A stretch of 16,032 nucleotides of DNA from Elusimicrobiota bacterium (GTDB taxonomy: Bacteria; Elusimicrobiota; Elusimicrobia; UBA1565; UBA9628), in NCBI GenBank assembly GCA_027319565.1, contig DAHVNA010000023.1, positions 1 to 16,032 on the forward strand. The letters are read 5' to 3'. Positions within the stretch are counted from its first letter, which is position 1; every line of letters starts with the position of its first letter. This document shows, piece after piece, positions 1 to 6,542 of the stretch. The translations under genes and the position numbers were made by a program. Below the pieces are notes generated by a model. That model ran no database searches, had not been told where the DNA came from, and saw nothing but the letters and a program-made list of their open reading frames with translations.

Positions 1-342
1 TCCCAAACCCCGGTGATTCCCTCAAACCCTGTCGTGCAAAACGCCCAACAGGTTCAAAAGAGCAAGGTGGACTTGAAAAAAGTTCAGAAGAGCGAAATTA
101 AAACCTTGGCGGATATCCAGAAAGCGGAAGATCATGATCTTAATTCCGTGCGAAAAGATACCAGCCTCAGCTCTTCGGCGCGTCAGAAAGCGATTGCCCA
201 GATTCGCGCGAAATACGATCAGATGAGAAAAGACGCGCGCTTGGCCGCCAACAAAGCCGGAAAAATGGATTACAAAAACGAGCAGAAAGCTAAAGCCAAG
301 GAATTAAAAGCCGAGAAATCCCAGACCCCTGTCGGTCAGTAA
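1..342 (+). CDS. Hypothetical Lys/Gln/Ala-rich helical protein, probably 5'-truncated by the window edge
   Basis: Frame is open from base 1 (TCC CAA ACC CCG GTG...) to TAA 340-342 and is followed by hairpins. No family recognised. Confidence 0.65.
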   Translation, partial: SQTPVIPSNPVVQNAQQVQKSKVDLKKVQKSEIKTLADIQKAEDHDLNSVRKDTSLSSSARQKAIAQIRAKYDQMRKDARLAANKAGKMDYKNEQKAKAKELKAEKSQTPVGQ

Positions 343-374
343 AAATTAGCGGGAAACTTTCCCGTTTGTCTTTC

Positions 375-409
375 AGAGCCCCCTGTGCGCGTAGGGGGCT
401 CTCCTTTTT
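375..409 (+). terminator. Rho-independent terminator
   Basis: Perfect 10-bp stem AGAGCCCCCT (375-384) / AGGGGGCTCT (393-402), then CCTTTTT, about 30 nt after the stop codon at 342. Confidence 0.8.
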
Positions 410-421
410 GGGTTTCTGTTA

Positions 422-427
422 TACAAT
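422..427 (+). promoter_or_regulatory. Putative -10 element for a leaderless rhodanese-mutM transcript
   Basis: TACAAT at 422-427 lies 6 nt before ATG 434, with no clear SD. No good -35 element. Confidence 0.5.
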
Positions 428-433
428 ATAGGT

Positions 434-754
434 ATGAATATCCCTTGTATGACCGCCGCGCAGTTAAAAGCTCGCATTGAGCGCGGCGAGAAACTATTGA
501 TTTTAGACGTTCGTCAGGAGTCGGAGAGAAAAAGATCGCATATTCAAGGTTCGCGGTTTATTCCGCTGGACCGCTTGCCCGAGCGTTGCCATGAGTTGGA
601 TAAATCTTCCGAAATCGTGGTTTATTGTCATCTGGGCGGGCGCTCGGCCCGGGCCGCGGCGTTTCTCATTCAGAACGGATATAAGGCCGTCAATCTCGAG
701 GGAGGCATTACGGCCTGGGTTGATTGCGGACATCACGCTCCTCCGGGAGAATGA
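434..754 (+). CDS. Single-domain rhodanese-like sulfurtransferase
   Basis: ILDVR-x-x-x-E, HIQGS-x-x-IP, active-site loop VVYCHLGGRS and C-terminal NLEGGITAW are the typical rhodanese motifs. Confidence 0.92.
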   Translation: MNIPCMTAAQLKARIERGEKLLILDVRQESERKRSHIQGSRFIPLDRLPERCHELDKSSEIVVYCHLGGRSARAAAFLIQNGYKAVNLEGGITAWVDCGHHAPPGE

Positions 755-760
755 ACTAGA

Positions 761-1540
761 TTGCCGGAATTGCCGGAGGTTGAAACTGTTCGGCGTGTCC
801 TGGAAGAAACAATTTCGGGACAGACTTTTCTCTCCTACCGCCTTGGAGTGCCCACTTTTTACCGCTGTCCGGATGAGGCGCTTCTCGGAAATCTCAAAGG
901 CCTTAAAATACTCGGCGTCTCTCGACGCGGGAAATACCTGATATTAAAATTTCAAAATAACCGTGAACTGATTTTGCATTTGGGAATGTCGGGGAGAATT
1001 CATTTTAACGAGCGCTCTTTACAGGCGAGAATCAGCCTTCATTTTTCCAAGACGACCGTCTATTTTCAAGACACGCGCAGGTTCGGCCGCGTGATGGGCC
1101 GTCTGCCTCTTTTGGGGCCGGAACCCCTCTCTCAAGATTTTAGCGCCGACTATCTGTCTTCTGTTTTGAAAAATAAAAAAGCCGCGATTAAATCCGCCTT
1201 GATGGACCAGTCAATCGTGGCCGGTCTTGGCAATATTTACGCGACCGAGGCTCTTTATCTGGCCGGAATTCGCCCTGGGCGCCAAGCCTGCCGCGCGCGT
1301 TGCGATGAAATTAAAAGAGTCGTGTCTTTAGTGCAAGAGTTATTGCAAAAGTCTATTTCAAGCGGGGGAACGACCTTGCCGGATGAGTCTTATCTCGATC
1401 CATTAGGGCGTCCGGGCCGTTTTCAAAATCAATTGAAAATTTATGGAAAGACCCTCTGCCCCGAGGGGCACGCTATTTCAAGGACTAAACGCCTGATTGC
1501 CGGCCGCCGCGCTTATTACTGCAGTTTTTGCCAGAGATAG
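761..1540 (+). CDS. mutM: Formamidopyrimidine-DNA glycosylase/AP lyase (Fpg/Nei family)
   Basis: N-terminal PELPEVE (TTG start), RRGKYL, HLGMSG, DTRRFG, LGPEPL, H2TH motif LMDQSIVAGLGNIYATEAL, GGTT and a C-terminal zinc finger. Confidence 0.95.
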   Translation: MPELPEVETVRRVLEETISGQTFLSYRLGVPTFYRCPDEALLGNLKGLKILGVSRRGKYLILKFQNNRELILHLGMSGRIHFNERSLQARISLHFSKTTVYFQDTRRFGRVMGRLPLLGPEPLSQDFSADYLSSVLKNKKAAIKSALMDQSIVAGLGNIYATEALYLAGIRPGRQACRARCDEIKRVVSLVQELLQKSISSGGTTLPDESYLDPLGRPGRFQNQLKIYGKTLCPEGHAISRTKRLIAGRRAYYCSFCQR

Positions 1541-1552
1541 AGACGGTCGATC

Positions 1553-2011
1553 TTATTGAATTTGCCGGACCGAGACGTTTTCTCCGTTTGAGCTCGCTAA
1601 ATGAGGGTTTTTAGGATCGGTCATTTTTTTCCCATCCACCACGAAAAGATACTGACATCTTCCCTTGGGAAGAGGCAAAAACACGCTCCACTCCCCGGAT
1701 TCTTTCTTCATCATCTTAATCGTCTTGGACGCCCAATGATTGAAATTTCCTATCAAGTAAACTTCCTTGGCTTCGGGAGCTCGAATCTTGAATTCGACAA
1801 AGGACAGCCGCGGTTTGAAAGAAACATTTTTGTGAAGGTCCTCCGGAATCATATTGTCCCCGGTTTGTTTTAAGACCCCGGGGTCGATTCCGGAAAAGAA
1901 ATCGCGGTATTCGCGAATTTTTTCAAGGAAAAATGTGGAGGGAACCAGGAGAAGCAGTCCGATCAAGAACATTAAAAACACGACAATCTTATTTCGCTTA
2001 CTTTCTTCCAT
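1553..2011 (-). CDS. Membrane-anchored glycogen-binding (CBM48/AMPK-beta-like, early-set) domain protein
   Basis: N-terminal TM (IVVFLMFLIGLLLLVP), then VEF-x-x-x-APEAKEVYLIGNFNHW...GEWSVFLPLPKGRCQYLFVVDG...DP-x-N, which matches the CBM48 pattern. Confidence 0.85.
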   Translation of the reverse strand: MEESKRNKIVVFLMFLIGLLLLVPSTFFLEKIREYRDFFSGIDPGVLKQTGDNMIPEDLHKNVSFKPRLSFVEFKIRAPEAKEVYLIGNFNHWASKTIKMMKKESGEWSVFLPLPKGRCQYLFVVDGKKMTDPKNPHLASSNGENVSVRQIQ

Positions 2012-2017
2012 ACTGTG

Positions 2018-2026
2018 ATATTACCA
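2018..2026 (-). promoter_or_regulatory. Extended -10 promoter for the CBM48 gene (leaderless)
   Basis: Minus strand reads TGG-TAATAT-CACAGT-ATG, i.e. TGn plus -10 element 6 nt before the start codon. Confidence 0.6.
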
Positions 2027-2070
2027 TTATTTCCATTTGGTAAAAATATGGTAAAAAAACTGGGTTTGCC

Positions 2071-2099
2071 TTGACAAAAAAGAGAAGAGGGGCTACACT
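2071..2099 (+). promoter_or_regulatory. Sigma70 promoter (leaderless mRNA)
   Basis: TTGACA (2071-2076)-N17-TACACT (2094-2099), 6 nt before ATG 2106. Confidence 0.85.
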
Positions 2100-2105
2100 C
2101 AAAGT

Positions 2106-3098
2106 ATGGCCTTCGTTATTAAACAACAAGCCGATCCCTTCAAAAAATATTGGTGGTTGATTCTTTTAGTCTTCGGCTTAGTGGGGCTTTGGGTTTGTTA
2201 CCCCGCCTTTAACTCTTCTTCCAACGCCTCCTTAGCCGGGGCCGAATCGGGCCTTCATCCCGTTAATCAAAGTCTTGATTCCACCCAAAATCCCAATGGG
2301 GCGCCCGGAGGGCCGGTGGATCTGTCCATGAAATCCTTTGAGGCCTATGGAAAAAAGGCGCTAGTTGACCCCTTTGCTTCTCTTCTTTTCTCTCCGCCGC
2401 CTTCGGCTCCCGTGGCGAGCGCGTCTTCATCCAAGAAATCGGGAAAGAAATCTTCCCAGTGGGCAGATGCCTTGGCCAGTTTGGCTTCTCAAGGCCAGTC
2501 CCCAGCCGCCGCAACGGCCGCTCCGGTTTTATCCGCCGCATTTCCTAAGGGAAATTTTTCGAGTCTTTCCGGCCTTAGCGGAAGCGAGAGTTCAAACGCA
2601 TTTGCCCCCGCGGGAGCGGGAAATTCTCCCGGCGGGCTCAGCGGTTTTGGGGCGCATACGCCAAAGATTGGAATTAGTTACGCCCATGGAACTTCAGATT
2701 CGGGTCCGTCTCAAGCCAACGGCGGGGGCGCGATGGGAGCTTTAAAAAATACTGCGGCCCAGATGAAATCGGCGGCTTTGGCTCTCAATGGAACGCAGTC
2801 GAGCGCGCTGGCGGCTCAGGCTTTTGACGGTGGAGCGATAGGCCGCGGGCTTATTAATGATCCTAAGGGAATGTCTTCGGCTGTTGGGATCGGGCAAGGG
2901 ACTCCCATGAATCTCAAAGCCAATGATCCCAATTTAAATCAGTCAAAGCCGAATGCGGTTCCGGCGATGCCCCCGATGATGAATCAGCAGCCGAGCATGA
3001 TGCAGCAGATCATGCAGATGCTGATGATGGCGGTTGTCGGTGGGCTTGCCGGCGGAGTTGTCAAGGGAGTTTTGGGGGCCATTGGGTTAGCCGCTTGA
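2106..3098 (+). CDS. Hypothetical Ala/Gly/Ser-rich membrane protein with N-terminal TM and C-terminal glycine-zipper helix
   Basis: KKYWWLILLVFGLVGLWVCYP TM, long low-complexity region, M/Q-rich tract, C-terminal AVVGGLAGGVVKGVLGAIGLAA. A strong promoter lies directly upstream. Confidence 0.8.
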   Translation: MAFVIKQQADPFKKYWWLILLVFGLVGLWVCYPAFNSSSNASLAGAESGLHPVNQSLDSTQNPNGAPGGPVDLSMKSFEAYGKKALVDPFASLLFSPPPSAPVASASSSKKSGKKSSQWADALASLASQGQSPAAATAAPVLSAAFPKGNFSSLSGLSGSESSNAFAPAGAGNSPGGLSGFGAHTPKIGISYAHGTSDSGPSQANGGGAMGALKNTAAQMKSAALALNGTQSSALAAQAFDGGAIGRGLINDPKGMSSAVGIGQGTPMNLKANDPNLNQSKPNAVPAMPPMMNQQPSMMQQIMQMLMMAVVGGLAGGVVKGVLGAIGLAA

Positions 3099-3114
3099 TT
3101 TGAGAGGTATTTTT

Positions 3115-4581
3115 ATGGAAACAAAACAAAACGGTCCTAAAATTAACAAAGGTGAAAAAACGGGACTGGCTGGAATTCTCAGCGCCTTGGGCTGGAACGC
3201 AGCGGAGGGAGAAGCTGTCTCCGGCGGTTTGGGGGGAATGATTGACGCGGCAACCTCTGGCGGGCTTTTGGCGACCAAGGCCGGAATCGTGGGACTTGTT
3301 TTGGCGGGAACGACTGTGGCCGGAGGCGTGGGTTGGCTGGGATACAAAGTTTTGGGCCCCGGGCCTGGAGACAAGGCGCATGCCCATTTTCAGGTTTTTC
3401 AACCAAGGCCGGCGCAATCCGCTTCGGGACAATCTCAAGGTGGCGGCAATTCTCCAAACTCCGGTCAGTCTTCCTTGGGAGATCTTAGTCAGGCCAATCA
3501 AGGGGCGATGGGAGAAGCGGCCGCTTCATTAAACTCTGCTCCGGCTGCTTCCGCGGCCATTGGGGCCGCCCCCAAATCTCCCAATGTCGGTAAGGTTTTT
3601 GGCGGTAAAGCTTCTAAGGTGATGCCGAAATTAGCCGGAGCCGCTAAAATCGGTCAACTTTCTAATCTCAACGCCGCGGGTCCCGCCGCGGCCGCGAAAC
3701 CCGCCGCGGCAAAACCCATGGCGGTGGGGGCGCTGCCCGGTGGCGCTGGAGCGGGAGCTCCGCATGGCGCGGTGGCGGGACGGGGATTTGGCGGATCATC
3801 GGGTGGCGGCGGCGGTGGTTTTCGAGCGATGAACGGCGCTGGAACGGGTTATGGCGGACTTGGTCCCAACAATGTTCCTGGAAATGCTCTTTTCGATGGG
3901 ACTCATGCCTCTGGTATCGGTACCCCTAGCGGTTCTGGGTTGGGAGGAGTAGGAAGCGGAGCTCCCACCCAGTTTCCAGCCGCGTCCAGTTACGGCGGTC
4001 AATTTTCTCCTCAAGGCGGGAACCAAATGCCCTACACTGGCAACGGCACGGACGTGACCCCTTGGCAGGGCGCGATCAATCTGGCGATCATGCTGTCTCT
4101 TTTGGCTGGTGCGCTTATGTATGCGGCTTTCGCATTGTCGAAGTCACAAACTCTGAGCGTTGGTACTCTCAAGGCGATTTTGGCAGTTCTTGGAGTTGTT
4201 ATTGCCGCAGTTGGAGGATTTATCGCCTATCTTGGCAGCCAAATTGCGGGAGGGCAATTCGGCCAATCATTCCAGGGCGGAGCCTTTACCTTGGCGGGAA
4301 CATTTATCGCCATGTCTGGTATGGCTATTGCGGCAGGGGGGGCTGCAGGGGATTTTACTAAGGCAGGTTTTGGTGGTACGACGTCTATGGTTTTCATGGC
4401 TTGTGGGGCCGTGGGATTATTGAGCGCCATGGCGGGCTATCTTGTTCCCGGTCAGCAGTATCCTTCGACGATGTTCTACGGGAACCCTCCTGACTGGACC
4501 AACCCTAATGCCCAGGTCAACCCCAATCCCTATCAATACAATCCCTACTATGGTGGCTCTAGTATGGGAGGTATCCCGTAA
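3115..4581 (+). CDS. Hypothetical Gly/Ala-rich membrane protein with about 4 C-terminal hydrophobic helices
   Basis: ATG 3115 preceded by GAGG (3104-3107) is preferred over TTG 3100. Gly-rich hydrophobic N-terminal segment, low-complexity linker, hydrophobic bundle after VTPWQ, and an N/P/Y-rich tail. Confidence 0.8.
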   Translation: METKQNGPKINKGEKTGLAGILSALGWNAAEGEAVSGGLGGMIDAATSGGLLATKAGIVGLVLAGTTVAGGVGWLGYKVLGPGPGDKAHAHFQVFQPRPAQSASGQSQGGGNSPNSGQSSLGDLSQANQGAMGEAAASLNSAPAASAAIGAAPKSPNVGKVFGGKASKVMPKLAGAAKIGQLSNLNAAGPAAAAKPAAAKPMAVGALPGGAGAGAPHGAVAGRGFGGSSGGGGGGFRAMNGAGTGYGGLGPNNVPGNALFDGTHASGIGTPSGSGLGGVGSGAPTQFPAASSYGGQFSPQGGNQMPYTGNGTDVTPWQGAINLAIMLSLLAGALMYAAFALSKSQTLSVGTLKAILAVLGVVIAAVGGFIAYLGSQIAGGQFGQSFQGGAFTLAGTFIAMSGMAIAAGGAAGDFTKAGFGGTTSMVFMACGAVGLLSAMAGYLVPGQQYPSTMFYGNPPDWTNPNAQVNPNPYQYNPYYGGSSMGGIP

Positions 4582-4607
4582 TCATAGCGCTCATAACTCC
4601 TAGGGTC

Positions 4608-4635
4608 TTGACAAAGTCAGTATTTCTGTTACACT
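4608..4635 (+). promoter_or_regulatory. Sigma70 promoter driving a ~200-nt structured leader
   Basis: TTGACA (4608-4613)-N16-TACACT (4630-4635), with extended -10 TG at 4627-4628. Confidence 0.8.
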
Positions 4636-4710
4636 TCTAAGGACGTATCCCGTATAGTTTATTCGCGGTCGAGGGGGCAAAAAAAACCGCGAGAATTTTC
4701 TCTATGCGGG

Positions 4711-4835
4711 CGATAAAGGCAAACCCGTGCCGAAAGGCACGCGGCTTCCTAGTCTTCGTATAAGACAGGGATTCCGCGCCGTAAGGCGGGGGCGCAAAGC
4801 CGTGACTCCTTTCGAGGAGCGTCAGGCTGCCGAAA
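4711..4835 (+). ncRNA. Cyclic di-GMP-I (GEMM-I)-like riboswitch aptamer with expanded P2
   Basis: Hallmark segments in the right order: CG-ATAAA-GGCAAACC (4711-4725), GGGGCGCAAAGCC (4789-4801), GGCTGCCGAA (4825-4834). Equivalents of Vc2 G20, A47 and C92 are G4718, A4796 and C4830. It lies between a promoter and ATG 4839. Confidence 0.8.
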
Positions 4836-4838
4836 TGA

Positions 4839-6452
4839 ATGGCCCAAGCTAAGGCGAGAGGCCTGTCGTTTTATAGACAGGCGCGTATTGCCGCAGGGAG
4901 AATTCTCTCTGCGGGGTTTCTTGTTTTCTTTTCCGTGCCCGCCTTTTCCCAACTCCTCTCTCAAAGCGCGATTGGAGGTCTCCCTGGGAATTTTCTTCTC
5001 TACGGCGTTGGCGCGAAGGCCTTGGCCATGGGCGGAGCTTTCTACGGCTTGTCTAATGACGCGACCGCGGGCAACTGGAACCCGGCGGGACTCGCGCAGC
5101 TTCAGAGAAAGCAATTGACCTTTATGGACGGAGCCTTGCCCCAGCAGACAAGCCTTGATTATCTCGCCTATGCACAGCCGCTTAAAGGCGGCAGCACTTT
5201 TGCCGGGTCTTTTACGAAACTTTCCGCCGGCGGATTTCAAAATGAGACCGCCACCTACAATCCACAGGGAACTCTGACCGGACTGACCTCCGAGGGCTCT
5301 TTTACCAATGCGCAACAAGCCATTAGCTTTTCCTGGGCGAAAAGCCTGACCAAGACGACCTCTTTTGGCGCGACGGTTCAGGAAGTTTCAAACAGCTTGG
5401 CCGGATACTCGAGCAACACCCAAGCCCTTAACATCGGAATGCTCAAGACCTTCGGGTTCTATCATCTGGGATTAGGCGTTCAAAACGCTTTTTCAAGAAC
5501 CGCCGGCGCGACCAGCGATCAATATCCGGTCATCGTCAGAATGGGAAACGCCATCGAACTTTTCCATGATCGCCTGATTTTGGATATGGATTTAAATAAG
5601 CCCTTGACCCCGGGGCTTGACGTCAATTTCGGCGGAGAGTATCATCTTTCTCAATGGTTCGCGTTTCGCTTTGGTCTCATGGGAATTCCTCAAATTCAGG
5701 AAACCGATTTCGGATTCGGACTGGATTTCCAAACTTTCCAGGTGGATGTTGCCGAGGGAATTGGAAACCTTGGGACCAGCACAAAAATCTCTCTAGGGTT
5801 TAAGTTTGGCGAGAGTAAAACCGCCAACACTAATGCCAAGGTCAAAGCGGTTTTAAAATCCGCCTTTGAGGCTCTTCAGGAGGGAAATTTCACCTTGGCC
5901 CAGGCCCGCTTTAAAGAAGCTCTTTATATCCAGCCGGGAAATAACAAAATTCAGCAAATGATTGATCGTCTTAAAACTGTCACCGATCATGTGCCCCAAG
6001 CGACCGGAGGGGAGGAGTTTCAGACCTTTGTGCGCAAAGGCGCGGTCCTGTTTGTTGACGGCAATGACTTGCGGGGATCCGTCAACGCCTTGAGATACGC
6101 TTACAACAAAAATCCAAAAGACGAGAAATTGCTGCTTCTTTTAAACGCGGTTGAGAAGGCGGCCCATGTCACCGAGCTGACTCGCCGGGTTGGAGGGCCG
6201 GAGCAGTTTACCTGGGTGGATCAAAAAGTGTATGACGCCCGGCAGTCGGTCTATGAGGGACACTATGACGCCGCGATAAGGCGGGCGCAAGACGTTTTGG
6301 ATTTGGAACCCAATAACGTGACCGCCCTTGAGATTCTTGGCAGCGCGTTTTATCTGATGGACCAAAAACAAAAAGCGATCGCGGTCTGGAAAAGAGTTTT
6401 AGAGCTTGATCCGCATAATAAAGAAGTTCGCCAGTTCATGCAGGCAAAATAA
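4839..6452 (+). CDS. PorV/PorQ (UPF0164, FadL-like) family outer-membrane beta-barrel with C-terminal TPR domains
   Basis: Signal-peptide-like FLVFFSVPAFS|Q; family motif GVGAKALAMGGAFYGLSNDATAGNWNPAGLA; amphipathic strands ending ISLGFKFG (~5810); TPRs (AFEALQEGNF...ALYIQPGN; LDLEPNN...AIAVWKRVLELDPHN). Confidence 0.8.
   Translation: MAQAKARGLSFYRQARIAAGRILSAGFLVFFSVPAFSQLLSQSAIGGLPGNFLLYGVGAKALAMGGAFYGLSNDATAGNWNPAGLAQLQRKQLTFMDGALPQQTSLDYLAYAQPLKGGSTFAGSFTKLSAGGFQNETATYNPQGTLTGLTSEGSFTNAQQAISFSWAKSLTKTTSFGATVQEVSNSLAGYSSNTQALNIGMLKTFGFYHLGLGVQNAFSRTAGATSDQYPVIVRMGNAIELFHDRLILDMDLNKPLTPGLDVNFGGEYHLSQWFAFRFGLMGIPQIQETDFGFGLDFQTFQVDVAEGIGNLGTSTKISLGFKFGESKTANTNAKVKAVLKSAFEALQEGNFTLAQARFKEALYIQPGNNKIQQMIDRLKTVTDHVPQATGGEEFQTFVRKGAVLFVDGNDLRGSVNALRYAYNKNPKDEKLLLLLNAVEKAAHVTELTRRVGGPEQFTWVDQKVYDARQSVYEGHYDAAIRRAQDVLDLEPNNVTALEILGSAFYLMDQKQKAIAVWKRVLELDPHNKEVRQFMQAK
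4891..4932 (+). terminator. Terminator-like hairpin inside the first codons of the barrel gene (candidate riboswitch expression platform)
   Basis: CCGCAGGGAG-AATT-CTCTCTGCGG (10 bp, one G-U pair), then GG and TTTCTTGTTTTCTTTT. The U-richness could simply reflect Phe/Leu/Val codons of the signal peptide. Confidence 0.4.
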
Positions 6453-6473
6453 GATATGGAACATTTTAAAGAC

Positions 6474-6502
6474 TTGAAAATGTCATCAGGAGTGCCTACA
6501 CT
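6474..6502 (+). promoter_or_regulatory. Internal sigma70 promoter upstream of the motor genes
   Basis: TTGAAA (6474-6479)-N17-TACACT (6497-6502), the same -10 hexamer as at 2094 and 4630. Confidence 0.7.
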
Positions 6503-6542
6503 TATGTCGAAGGCTCAAGGAACCTATTTTAACGCTTCTCAA

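Noticed and set aside
1..333. SQTPV peptide at both 1-15 and 319-333 of the first ORF
   Set aside because: Only 5 aa in a truncated low-complexity protein; cannot be evaluated without upstream sequence.
4724..4790. Cloverleaf-like RNA as a tRNA
   Set aside because: No 7-bp acceptor stem, TTC T-loop, 7-nt anticodon loop or CCA; it is embedded within riboswitch core motifs.
6456..6542. ORF-track start of the rotor gene at 6456 (or 6504)
   Set aside because: The extension overlaps a good promoter and precedes a typical signal peptide starting at 6543. ATG 6504 has an AGGAG 11 nt upstream and is not fully excluded.
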